From Eledone cirrhosa (Eukaryota): a DNA stretch of 64,000 nt. Shown here in pieces: positions 13,704 through 26,900 of this stretch (positions are counted from its first letter, which is position 1; each line of letters starts with the position of its first letter). A program made the translations under genes and the position numbers. Location of the stretch: positions 355,632,001 through 355,696,000 of the forward strand of contig OZ024741.1 in NCBI GenBank assembly GCA_964016885.1, given 5' to 3'. The notes beneath the pieces are model-generated. The model saw only the letters and a program-made list of their open reading frames with translations, was not told where the DNA came from and did not search any database.

Positions 13704-14779
13704 GTGAGTTGGCATCACTAGTTTATCTTCTGTCATATATATATATAAGTATTATATTATTTATTTATGTTCATACACAGAACAAAAGCGTTACCCAAGG
13801 TTTCAAAGACCAAATTTTTCCATATCTCCAGAATACAAGAGGCTTCAAATTAGTGATCTTTCTTGAGGCACTTATACAAATTTATAAGATACGATAGAAA
13901 GTAAATTTTGCTAAGAATGCATATTTATGAAAAAAAAACTTAATATAACAAAGGGAAATAACTCCAAGATGTAAATTTGAATTTTGAGATGAACAATGTG
14001 TTTGTGTTGTTATACTAAGCAGAAGTATTGTATTATGTGGTGGAATGTAATATAGAGATGGTAATATTTATTAAGGTATGGAGTAGAGTAGTATAGAAAT
14101 GTAGGTAAGAACTCTTTTTTTAATTACAATACTGTTTCATAGATCGTAAACCGATGAAGGGGAAAGGAAGGATAAGTATGTCATGGGTGTGTGAAAATGA
14201 CGAGTATAATGTCATGGGTGTATGACAAATGTGGTGGAATTTTATGGGGTGAGGAGGGGTGATCTCGGAGAGTGTTGTACTGTGATAAATGCAAACAGTT
14301 ACCAATGAGTAATGACTGGTGTGTTAGGGTTTAAAATAAGGTGAGAGTGATTCTGGATAGTGTGAGGAGGGGTAATGGGTTAGACAGGTTGTCACCTTAT
14401 GTTGCTTGACCAATCAGGTGTCTTGTTCATATTTTCTGTTTTGGCTTGGTTTCTGTGGCTCTATGCATTACTTAGTCAACCACGTTACAATGTATACTGG
14501 GAGTATTTTATCTGGACTCCAGTACTACTACCTTACATACTGGACTGGATGTCTTTTTTTGTCATAGCACCACCACTACCACTTTACAGAGTAGACTGGG
14601 GACTTTTTATCATGGTACCAACACTATCTCATTTCAACTTTAGAGTACTCAATTTGTCCTTGGCTAGGTTGTAGAAGCAGTGAAGGGAGTGGGGATGCAG
14701 GATAAGAAGGGAATACACATGCATACACACATACATATTGTCGTTTTAATATCGGCTTTCCTTGTTAGCAAGGTTTGGA

Positions 14780-15410
14780 CTATATTTATAAGGTAAACAG
14801 AAATAACAACATAAACTGTACAGTATATGGAAGGAATATATTAGTTTAACGCTTGAAGAGGGTCTTAACGTTTCGGACGCTAGTCATTCATCAAAAGAAA
14901 GAATGAGAAATTAAAAAGATTGAAGGGACGAGCAGGGCAGAATCTGAAACATTTTTTTTAGAGAAAAATAACAGGTCCATTCATGCTGCCATCTCTTGGA
15001 AAATTGTTGATGCTGGCATTTTGTGTATGATATACTTTTTTTAGAAAAGTGGATGATGGGGCATGCCTATCTGAAAGGGATAGAAAACCCTTTTGTATAT
15101 AGAGCTATATGTGTGTGTGTGTTGTTATAAGTCCGTACAAAGCTAAGAGGATATGTGTGTGTGTATATGTAAGTAAAAGAGTGTGTGTGCTTGTAAGTAC
15201 GAAGCTGTGAGCAAAAGAATGTTAATATAAAGGAGTACAGAGCTATGGAAGTAGAGGTGTGTGTGTGTGTGTGTGTGCGTATTTAGTTGGTCTGTATCAG
15301 CTGTAAGAGTATTTGTTTCTGACAATAAGAGAGCCATACAAGTGCGTGTGTGACAATGGACAGGGTAAAAGTGATGGTGGCAAGGCGTAGAGAAGTCAAT
15401 ATACATACAT
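14780..15410 (-). mobile_element. Solo pseudo-LTR of the Penelope-like family at 63050-63800, with decayed hammerhead
   Basis: Collinear similarity to 63060-63470; shorter copies at about 9395-9570 and 35815-35960. Confidence 0.7.
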
Positions 15411-15466
15411 AAATGTATGAATATATCTATCTGAACATATATAATTTTGTATGTTGTTTATTCCAG

Positions 15467-15583
15467 TTACTACAGCTACCCCATTGCAACACTTGATTTT
15501 TCATCATTGTACCCATCCATCATGATAGCACACAACTTGTGTTATACTACACTGCTGAATCAGAGCACAATAAAAAATTTGAA
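15467..15583 (+). CDS. POLD1: POLD1 exon, polymerase motif A
   Basis: ccag|...AA|gtaag; [30 protein letters not shown]. Confidence 0.96.
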
Positions 15584-15590
15584 GTAAGTC

Positions 15591-15819
15591 TTAACCTGTT
15601 GACTGCCATGTATATTTTACGCAGCTACAGTTGCTGTGCCAGGGTTTTTTTTGTTTTTTTTTGTTTTTTTCAGTAAAATGATTATTTAAAAAAAAACCAA
15701 AACATTTATTAACAATACATATCTGAATAATTGACAAACATCAATAAACTAGTAACTGTTGGAAACGAGTTCAAACATGTTAGCATGAGTCATCTCATCT
15801 ACGGCACTGAAGAGGTTAA
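15591..15819. mobile_element. TTAA-flanked MITE starting 7 nt after an exon donor
   Basis: ttaaCCTGTTGACTGCC...GGCACTGAAGAGGttaa imperfect TIRs. Confidence 0.5.
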
Positions 15820-16289
15820 TCTGTCATGTATGAGAGTACATATGGATATGAATTACTAGACTTCTACATTAGTTCTTTTTGCTCACTATGGATCTTTGGG
15901 CAACGAAAGGTCTCCATTCTGCACAGTTGCAAGCCTTCTCCCAGGCCAAGTATCTGCGTTTCGTTTTTGTAGCAATTTAGATTAACAGCAGTTAGGTTGT
16001 TAGCTTCACAGTCCAAATGTACTACACACACATACACAATTTCTTCCATACATGGACATGTCAAAGAAGTGAACTATTGGCTATATTTATCCAACTTAGA
16101 ATATGTAAACTATCTTCACAGTCCAAATGTACTTACACACAGACACAAATTTTACATTTGTTAGAATGGATAATTCTGATGCTTTTGAATGCATAATGTT
16201 ACCATTTCCACTACTAAACATATCTATTAGTAATTTCACATTTTATCTGTGAGAGAAGTGAAATTTTGGTCATGGCAGTGATGACAAAG

Positions 16290-17030
16290 TGCTACAGATT
16301 TGCTGGGAGGGATACAATCAGTTAAATTGACATTATTTTATTGACCTAGGAAAGATAAAAGGCAAAGTTGACCTTGGTATAATTTGAACTCAGAATGTAA
16401 AGAGCCAGAATAAATGGCAATAAATATTTACCTTTATCCATGCTCTAATGATTCTTTGAAGCCATTGTGAAATAATTGCTTCTAATTTAGACACAAGGCC
16501 AACCATATTTTGGGGAGGAGGAGTGGGAGTTGATTAAATCAACCCCAATACTAGAATGATACTTTATTTTATTGACTCTGGAAAGTCAAAGACAAAGTTG
16601 ATCTCAGAATGTAAAGAGCTGATGCTATAGCGATTCTGTTAAGCCATTGTGAATGAATTCTTTCTAATATTGGCATAAGGCCAGCTATTTGGGATAAGGG
16701 GAAAGTCGTTTATATCAACCCCAATAACTAATTGATACAATATTTTATTAACCCTGGAAGGATGAAAGACAAAGTAAACATAAAAAGTTGTAACTAATTG
16801 CTGCAAACTATTTTGTCTGTTACCAATCCCTTGATTTCTAATTTAAGTACAAGGACAGAAATTTTGAGAAGGCGAAAAGTTGATTAAATTGACCCCAGTA
16901 TTTGACTGGTACTTTATTTTATTGACCCTGGAAGGATGAAAGGCAAAGTTATCCTCAGCTGGATTCTAATGTAAACAGCCATATCGAATACAATAAAGTA
17001 TTTGTCTGACACTCTAAAGATTCTGTTAAT
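16290..17030 (-). mobile_element. Tandem cluster of about 4 decayed Deu/Nin-like SINEs
   Basis: Repeated actttattttattgaccctggaaggatgaaaggcaaagttg units. Confidence 0.65.
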
Positions 17031-17134
17031 CCTCTATCCCAATCCATTGTGAAATAATTCCAATATTAATGTGATCATTTGTAATGCATTGATTCCATTT
17101 TCTTCTAATTCTTCCCCTATCTCTCTCTCCACAG

Positions 17135-17248
17135 TCTGACCTCTGATCAATACATAAAGACACCCTCTGCAAACTTGTTTGTGAAGTCCAGTTTAAGGAA
17201 AGGATTGTTGCCAGAGATTTTAAATGACCTTCTCTCTGCCAGAAAACG
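17135..17248 (+). CDS. POLD1: POLD1 exon
   Basis: acag|...CG|gttag; [38 protein letters not shown]. Confidence 0.95.
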
Positions 17249-17335
17249 GTTAGTTTTGATGCCATCTACTACCATATGTCTTCACTCACACCAGCTCTGT
17301 GCATGTGTGTCAATATATATATAATACATATATTA

Positions 17336-17373
<38 letters not shown>

Positions 17374-17589
17374 CGATTTTACTAAACTTCCACTTATATA
17401 TATATCATCATCATCATCATCATCATTTAACGTCCATCTTCCACGCTTGCATGGGTTTGGACGGGAGTTTTCTCACTTGAGGCAAGATTGGTTGTCTTGC
17501 TCGTATAGGACTGTCTGGCGGGTTTTCTACGGCTGGATGCGCTTCCTAACACCAACATATTTTATACATATATGTATAAGTATATATAT

Positions 17590-19415
17590 CATCATCATCA
17601 TCATCATCATCACCGTTTTACGTCCGTTCTTCCACGCTAGCATGGGTTAGACGGGTTGTCCTGTTGTGGGCAGTGTCTGGTCGGCTGACCATGCCTTGCT
17701 CATACAGGAACTGATCTGGCTTGATTTCTACAGCTGGATGCCCTTCCTAACACCAACCTCATTTACAGTGAGTGCTGGGTGCTTTTTCGTGGCGCCTACA
17801 CGTCCACTTTACAGTGTGGGCTGGGTGCTTTTTTGCCGTGGCACCTCCACGGCCACCTTGCGGTGGGGGGGGGGGGGGGGGGGGGGGCATATTGTTTATA
17901 TGCTTCAGCATGTACCCATGGGAGGTCGGGTACCCTGTATTACTGCGTGACGCCAGAAGTCACGGTCGTGTGTCATTGACTTTGAGAGGTGTAGTTGGGT
18001 AAGGTCGGCTTTTATCACCTCATCCCAAGTCATCTTGGGTCTCCCCACTCCGCGGTTTCCATCAACTTCTAGTGCTCTGCACCTTTTTATGCAGCTGTCA
18101 TCCTTCATACGCATCACATGTCCATACCAGCGTAACCGCCTCTCCTGCATGCAGCATTTGATTCCTCTTATGCTCAGTCTCTCTCTCAATTCATTTATGC
18201 TTTGTCGTTCACGTATATTACTGTTACACATCCATCGGAGCATGCAGGCTTCGTTTCTCTCTAATCTACGTAAGTCTTCCACCTTCAGCGCCCAGGTCTC
18301 ACTACCATGCAACATCGCTGTTCGGATACACGCATCATACAGTCTGCCTTTCATTCTGAGGGAGAAGCCTTTTGCAGCTAGCAGTGGTAGTAGTTCCCTA
18401 AACTTCTTCCATCCCGTTCTTACCCTAGTTATTGTACTTTCTGAGCACCCACCTCCGTTGCTAATTCGGTCACCTAGGTAGCAGAAGCTGTCTACTGTTT
18501 CTACAGGGCCCTCCCAGAGATTGGTGGTACTTGTTTCCTGTGGCTGTTTGCTTGCTGTTTCAGCACAGCTGCTGCATGTGAATCCTACATTCTTAATTAA
18601 GCTTCCTGAGATCCCGCTACATCTCTTGTGTACCCATTGTTTGCATTTGGGGCAAAGAATGGAGTTCCTACCTACACCTTTCCTACATACTGAGCAAGGC
18701 CATTTTCCTGAGGGGATCTGGGTTCTGTTTTCTCGTCTACTTATAAGGACCTTAGTCTTTGTCATGTTGACTTTGAGGCCCTTTCTCTCTAGTCCCTGCT
18801 TCCAGGTTTGGAATTTATTCTCTAGTTCTACCATAGATTCAGCTATGAGTGCGAGGTCATCAGCATACAGGAGTTCCCATGGGCATCCGGTCTTAAACTC
18901 CTCCGTTATTGCCTGCAGGACTATGATGAACAGGAGAGGGCTAAGAACAGAGCCCTGGTGGACCCCAACCTGTACGCTAAATTCCTCGCTATACTCATTG
19001 CCAATCCTAACTTTGCTGACTGCTCCCCTATACATGGCTTGTATCGCTTTCACAAGCCATTCATCTACTCCTAGTTTTCTAAGAGCCCACCAGATTACTG
19101 CACGTGGAACTCTGTCAAAGGCTTTCTCAAGGTCGACAAATGCCAAGTAGAGTGGCTTACTTTTAGCTAGGTACTTTTTCTGTAATTGCCTCACAAGGAA
19201 GAGCGCATCAGTGGTGCCTTTCCCTGGAACAAACCCAAATTGCATCTCGTCTATATTCACCCGGTCCCTAATCAGCTGTGCTATAACTCTTTCTGTTACT
19301 TTCATGACCTGGTCCATCAACTTTATACCTCTATAGTTTCCTCTATCTAGTGCATCGCCTTTACCTTTGTAGCAGTTGACAATGATGCTACTGCACCAAT
19401 CTTTTGGTATGGCCA
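17590..19415 (-). mobile_element. 5'-truncated RTE LINE with open RT/C-terminal frame
   Basis: Very high identity to the 3623-7440 copy; (ATG)n tail; ends at a (TA)n run. Confidence 0.92.
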
Positions 19416-19417
19416 AA

Positions 19418-19476
<59 letters not shown>

Positions 19477-19605
19477 CATAATTGGTGTGGGATGCTTAAA
19501 GCGTCCGTAAGCGGTAGGCCGTTTGAGCACTCGATGCTCTTACAGAGCAGAGTATAATATCACATAAGAAACGGAGAATCAGTGTTGCGACGAATAAGAT
19601 TTATT

Positions 19606-19702
19606 AGACATATTACAATCGATTCTCTGGCGACCAGCTCGAGGCACGATCAATGCAAGGATCAAACCTGACTCTGAAATCGCAAGATCCTCAGATATGT
19701 CT
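19606..19702 (-). ncRNA. Hammerhead-like ribozyme with long stem II, one core deviation
   Basis: AGACAUAU CUGAGGA UCUUGCGA...UCGCCAGA GAAUC GAUU GUA AUAUGUCU AAUAAA; perfect 8-bp stem I. Confidence 0.55.
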
Positions 19703-19788
19703 CGATTCTACGAAGCAGAGTTTCCATATATATATATACTTATACATATATGTATAAAATATATATACACACACAAATGTACATATAT

Positions 19789-22700
19789 CATCATCATCAT
19801 CGTTTAACGTCTAGCATGGGTTAGACAGGAATTGTCCCACTTGAGGCAAGATTGTCTCGCTCGTATAGGACTATCTGGCAGGTTTTCTACGGCTGGATGC
19901 CCTTCCTAACACAACCACATTTACAGTGTGGACTGGGAGGATTTTTACCGTGTTACCTACACAGCCACATTACAGCATGAACTGTGTGTTTTTTTGTTGT
20001 GACACCTACATGACCCCATTAGTTTGGACTGGATGTTGTGGTACCAACATAACTTTACAGAGAAAGAGTGGTGTTGGTGGGAGTGGGACAGTGGAGTAGG
20101 GGTATTGGGTTGGTGTATATTTGGTTAAGAGGTGCCTACTGACTGTAGGTTTCACTTTGTATATAGTCAAGGCGGGTCTTCTGTATTACTGTGTGGCGCC
20201 AAAGATCTCGGTCCAGTGACATTGTCTTAGAGAGGTGTAAGTGTGTAAGGTCGGAATTTATCAAATCGTCCCAGGTTTTTCTGGGTCTACCTACTCCGTA
20301 ACTTCCATCAATTTTGATCGCCCTGCACTTTTTTATACAACTGTTGTCTTTCATGCACATCACGTGACCATACTGATGTAGTCTTCTCTCAAGTAAACAG
20401 CATCTGATCCCTCTTATTCCTAATTTCTCACTTAGTACATTTATGTTTTGCCGTTCACGTATATTACTATTACACATCCAACGGAGCATGCATGCTTCGT
20501 TCCTTTCCAGTCTGCGCAGGTCCTCTGCACGCAATGCCCATGTCTCACTGCCATGTAACATAGCTGTTCGTATACAGGCATCATACAGTTTGGCTTTCAT
20601 TTTTAGAGAGAAACCTTTTGTGGCCAACAGTGGTATAAGCTCTCTGAACTGTTTCCATCCCATTCTGTCTCTGGCTACTGTACTTTCAGAGTACCCTCCA
20701 CCACTGCTGATTTTGTCACCCAGGTAACGGAAAGTGTCCACTATTTCTATAGAACCATCTGGGCAATAGAAGGAGCTAGTATCCTGTGGGCACTTTCTAC
20801 TTATTACACCTGAGCATTGACCACATATAAAATCTACATTCTTAGATAGCTTACCTGTGATCCCACTACATCTTTTATGTACCCATAGGTTGTATTTGGG
20901 ACATAAAATGGAATTTCTACCTACTCCTTTGAGCATGGCCATTTCCCAGAGGGGACCTGTGCCCTATTTTCCTTTCTACATACTAGAACTTTAGTCTTAG
21001 ACAAGTTAACTTTAAGGCCTTTTGATTCTAGGCCATGCTTCCTTGTTTGGAATTTCTTCTCTAGTTCAGCCATCAATTCAGCTATGAGAGTTAGATCATC
21101 TGCATATAGAAGTTCCCATGGGCAGCTGGTCTTAAACTCCTCTGTTATAGCCTGAAGGGCAATAATAAATAGTAGGGGGCTAAGGACAGAGCCTTGATGA
21201 ACACCAAATTTTACGCTAAATTCTTCACTATATTCATTGTTAATTCTAACCTTGCTGACTGTTTCTTTATACATGGCTTGTATAGCTCTCACAAGCCATT
21301 CATCTATACCTAGTTTTCTAAGAGCCCACCAGATAATGGAGCGGGGGACTCTGTCAAAGGCTTTCTCCAGGTCTATAAAAGCTAAGTTGAGGGGTTTACT
21401 TTTAGCTAGGTACTTCTCCTGTAGTTGTTGTACAAGGAAAAGAGCATCTGTTGTACAAACCCAAACTGCATTTCATCTAGATCAATTCACCCTCTGATTA
21501 GTTGCGCTATAACTCTTTCTGTGACCTTCATGACCTGGTCAACTAACTTAATGCCTCTATAGTTTCCCCTATCTAGAGCATCTCCTTTACCCTTGTAGCA
21601 GTTAATGATGATGCTGCTACACCAGTCATTTGGTATGACCCCATTGCACTGCTGGTCCCTCTATTGGATCGATTTGGGGCAGACTATCTTTTTTCCATTT
21701 ATTCTCCTCATTTAGTAGTCTCTCATAGTGACACTTCCAAGCTACTTTCTTATCAGTATCAGTGAGGCAAGTACACCATCATCATTACAGACACACTTCT
21801 CCCTGACAATATCACGGTTTTCCTTGACACATTGTCTTGCAATCCTGAACACCTCACGTTTTTGGTCCTCGCGTTGTAGAACATGCTTGAACTTTCTATC
21901 CTCTGCTTCCTTTCTTGCAAAGTATACTTGTCTCCTAGCTTCTCTCCTGGCCACTTGATAGTGCTCTCTACTTCCCCCATCCTGCCATACTTTCCAAGTC
22001 TGCTTTTTGGCCTTGATTGTCTCCTCCACCTTACTGTTCCACCATCAAGTTACTCTCCTCCTGCCTATAGGTCTGCTCCAGCCACAGATTTCATCTGTCG
22101 CCTTCAGCAGGTTAACTTTCAAGAATTTCCACTGTTCCTCTATATTGTACGTCTCTAATTGCTCTTCCTTACTGTCAAAAGCATCAAGTAATATGCTTTT
22201 AAATTTGTTACTGGCTGTGGGGTCCTTCTACTTCCATATTCTTCTCATCAGGGTAGCCCTCCTCTGTCGTCGAGTACGTCTATTCCTGACTATGAGGTCA
22301 CTAACTATGAGGCTATGTTGGGAGGTGCATTCTTCACAGGGGAGGGATTTAGTGTTTACAACAGACACTCTGTCATGTCTTCTAGTAAGGATATAATCTA
22401 TCTGGCTGGCGTGTTCTCCTGATGTATAGGTGATCAAGTGATTGTCTGGTTTTTTGAAGTTTGTGTTACAGATACTTAGGTTATTAGCGTCACAGAATTC
22501 CAGGATTCTGAAGCCTTCTTCAGTTCTAGTACCAAACCCATAGCCTTCATGGATTCCGTCATAGCCATCACAATGTTGTCCAACATGACCATTTAGGTCG
22601 CCAGCAATAATTATGCAGTCACTGTCAGTTATTTGGGAGGTAGTGAGCATTAGTGACTCATAGAACCTGTCTTTTATAATGTCAGGCAGGCCAGGTTGGG

Positions 22701-23097
22701 GTGCATAAGCGCATATTATTGTCAAAGTAGTTCTATTTAGGACTAGTCTTATTTTAATTAATCTGTCGTTCACTCTATTTACAGCAATTACCCATTTTTC
22801 TGCTAACATAATTTCTACTCCACTCAGCCCATTGTCATTTCCCACCCAGAAAAGTTTATAGCATCGTTTATTACCCAAAATGAATCTAGCAGACCTACCC
22901 CTCCACCTAGTCTCTTGAACACAACAAACATCAACTTCCTTACTTTCAAGCATCTCTACAACCTCGTTTGAGCGACCTTTCAAAGTGCCTACATTCATGG
23001 TACCAACTCTGAAGTTTTGGATTTCGTTGGGTGGGTGGAAGGGATGGGTTGGAGGCACAGGGAGGGGTATGGGAGATGGAATTATGGGAAAATTTAC
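19789..23097 (-). mobile_element. Degenerate near full-length RTE LINE (second subfamily)
   Basis: Broken EN and RT ORFs (22228-23058, 20921-21292, 20136-20942), internal deletion near 21650, 3' tail. Confidence 0.9.
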
Positions 23098-23713
23098 GAG
23101 AAGATTATTTTTAAAAAGGTCTGACAGATTTATCCATATTATTGAAAAGATTAGATTCTAAGTTAAACAAACATATAACAAGTAATAACAGTTTAAATAC
23201 CGATAGGTAAATGGACTATGAACATGGAGAGACGACAAGAAAATGAACCGCATACATTACATTTCTCAAATCAACATATATAAATTGTTATATGTTCGTT
23301 TAACTTAGAATCTAATATTTTCAATAATATGGATAAATCTGTCGGACTTTTCTAAAAATAATCTTCTACCCACTATCCCCTACTCCTTCCAACTCCCACC
23401 AACACCACCCTTTCTCTGTAAAGTTATGTTGGTACCACAACATCCAGTCCAAACTAATGAGGTCGTGTAGGTGTCACAACAAAAAAAACACACAGTCCAC
23501 GGTGTAATGTGGCCGTGTAGGTAACACGGTAAAAAGTTCCCAGTTCCACACTGTAAATGTGGTTGGTGTTAGGAAGGGCATCCAGCCGTAGAAAACCTGC
23601 CAGATAGTCCTATACGAGTGAGACACGGTCACCCGACCAACCTTGCCCCAAGTGGGACAATTCCCGTCTAACCCATGCTAGCGTGGAAGATAGACGTTAA
23701 ACAATGATGATGA

Positions 23714-23751
<38 letters not shown>

Positions 23752-23968
23752 TTATATAAATCGGGATGGATTCAGTTTAAAACTGATTAGACCATTACTC
23801 AACAGAATACTCAATACTTGGGGTAGTAGAGTATGGTTATATAAAGAATTGGGACCCTGGCGGTTGAGCTCTTGCCATTTCAACAGCTAGTTCCAGATTC
23901 TGGAATTAGCTGTTGAAATGGCAGGAGCTCAGCCGTCAGGGTCCCGACTCTTTGTAATATTATATATA

Positions 23969-26900
23969 CTAGCAGAAAAACCAGCCTTTGGGTGGTTTAC
24001 TGATAGCATGAGTAGTGTGCATATTGATATTATACGCAAATATACATGTATGTAGATATATGTCAAATAAAATCGTAATTGAGAATATGCACAGAAATTG
24101 AAGAGAGACTGTGTTACACTCTCTTCTGTAATCAGTAAAGTAATCGATGATACATTTAAAAAAGACAATCATCATCATCATCATCATCAACGTTTAACGT
24201 CCGTGTTCCACGCTTGCATGGGTTTGGACGGGGGTAGTCCCACTTGAGGCAAGAGTGATTGTCTTGCTCGCATAGGACTGTCTGGCAGGTTTTCTACAGT
24301 TGGATGCCCTTCCTAACACCAACCACATTTACAGTGTGGGTCTGGGAGGTTTTTACCATGTTGCCTACACGGCCACATTACAGCGTGGACTGTGTGTTTT
24401 TTTGTCGTGACACCTACACGATCTCATTTGTTTCGGCCTATGGCGCGGCACCAACATAACTTTACATAGAACGCTGTGGTGTGGATGGGGTGGGGGTGGG
24501 GGTGGTGGGACGGGGTGTATTTTGTTAGAGATGTCTACTGGTTGGAGTAGGTTTTACTATATATTTAGGTAAGGCGGGTCTTCTCTGTTACTGAGTACCG
24601 CCAAAGGTCTCGGTCCAGTGACATTGTCTTGGAGAGGTGTAAGTGTGTGATGTCGGAGTTTATCAGCTCGTCCCAGGTTTTTCTAGGTCTGCCTATTCCG
24701 TGACTACCGTCTATCTTTATTGCCCTGCACTTTGTTATACAGCTATCGACTTTCATGCGCATCACGTGTCCATACCAACGTAGCCTTCTCTCGAGTAAAC
24801 AACATCTGATCCCTCTTATCTCTAATTTTTTCCTTAGTTCGTTTATGCTTTGCCGTTCACGTATATTACTGTTACACATCCAGCGGAGCATGCAAGCTTC
24901 GTTCCTCTCTAGTCTGCGTATATCCTCTGCACACAATGCCCAGGTCTCACTGCCATGCAGCATTGCTGTTCGTATGCAGGCATCGTACAACCTGCCTTTC
25001 ATTTTTAGGGAGAACCCTTTAGCAGCTAATAGTGGTATAAGCTCTCTGAACTTTTTCCAACCAGTTCTGACTCTAGCTACAGTACTTTCAGAGCACCCTC
25101 CCCCACTGCTGATTTTATCGCCCAGGTAACGGAAGCTGTCCACTATTTCTATAGAACCCTCTGCGCAATTGAAAGAGCTAGTATTTTGTGGGCACTTGCT
25201 GCTACTTATTGCACCAGAACACCGGCCACATGTAAAATCTATGTTCTTAGTTAGCTTACCTGTGATCCCACTACATCTTTTATGCACCCATACTTTGCAT
25301 TTAGGACATAAAATGGAGTTTCTACCTACGCCTTTCCTACACACCGAGCACGACCATTTCCCAGAAGGGACCGCCGCCTTGTTTTCTTTCCTACAAACTA
25401 GAACTTTGGTCTTAGCCAGGTTAATTTTAAGTCCTTTTGATTCTAGGCCGTGCTTCCATGTTTGGAATTTCTTCTCTAGCTCGGCCATTGATTCCGCTAT
25501 GAGTGTCAGGTCGTCTGCGTATAGGAGTTCCCATGGGAAGCCTGTCTTGAACTCCTCTGTTATAGCCTGAAGGGCAATAATAAATAGTAGGGGGCTGAGA
25601 ACAGAGCCCTGATGGACGCCAACTTTTACGCTAAACTCTTCACTATATTCGTTGTTAATTCTAACCTTGCTGACTGTTTCTTTATACATGGCTTGTATAG
25701 CCCTCACAAGCCATTCGTCAACGCCTAGTTTTCTAAGAGCCCACCAGATAATGGAGCGGGGGACTCTGTCGAAGGCTTTCTCCAAGTCGACAAAAGCTAA
25801 GTAGAGGGGTTTACCTTTAGCTAGGTACTTCTCCTGTAGTTGTCGTACTATGAAAAGAACGTCTGTGGTACTTTTGCCTGACACAAACCCGAACTGCATT
25901 TCATCTAGGTCGATTCTCTCTCTGATTAGTTGCGCTATTACTTTTTCCGTGACCTTCATGACCTGGTCGATTAATTTAATGCCTCTATAGTTACTCCTAT
26001 CTAGGGCGTCTCCTTTACCCTTATATCAGTTAACGATGATGCTGCTATGCCAGTCCTTCGCAACAACCCCATTCTGTACGACTTGGTTAACTATGCGGGT
26101 GACCATGGTGTGTCCCACCGTGCCAGATGCCTTCAGCATCTCAGCAACTATTTCCGAAGGCCCAGCCGCCTTACCCGTCTTCATATCCTTGATTGCCTTA
26201 CTTATTATACTCCCCTCGACTAACACTGCTGGTCCCTTTATTGGGTCGATATGGGGGAGACTGTCTTTCTCCCATTTATTCTCCTCATTTAGTAGCCTTT
26301 CATAGTGACACTTCCAAGCTACCTTCTTATCAGCGTCGGTGATGGCAAGTGTGCCATCGTCGTTTAGTACACACTTCTCCCCGACAATATCACGGTTTTC
26401 CTTGACGCATTGCCTAGCAATCCTGAACACCTCACGTTTTTGGTCATCGCGTTGTAGAACATGCTTGAACTTTCTTTCCTCAGCTTCCCTTCTTGCTAAG
26501 TACACTTGTCTCCTAGCTTCCCTCCTGGCCACTTGATAGTCTTCTCTACTTCCCCCATCCCGCCATACTTTCCAAGCCTGCTTTTTGGCCTTAATTGACC
26601 CCTCCACCTTACTGTTCCACCACCATGTTACTCTCCTCCTGCCTACAGGCCTGCTCCAGCCACAGACTTCGTCTGTCGCCAACAGCAGGTTTGCTTTCAG
26701 AAATTCCCACTCTCCCTCTATATTGTCCGACTCTAAATGTTCTTCCTTACTGTCGAAAGCATCAAGTAATATGCTTTGAAATTTATTCCTGGCTGTGGGG
26801 TCCTTTAGCTTCCATATTTTTCTCCTGAGGATAGTCCTCTTCTGCTGTCGAGTACGTCTCGTCCTGACTTTGAGGTCGCTAATTATCAGTCTATGTTGGG

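Noticed and set aside
19416-19530. N-terminus of the 541-aa ORF (YIYIYI)
   Set aside because: Translation of a (TA)n microsatellite at the truncation point.
19518-19548. Additional hammerhead (CUGUAAGAGCA...UGCUCAAAC)
   Set aside because: Needs several core changes and has no convincing stem I.
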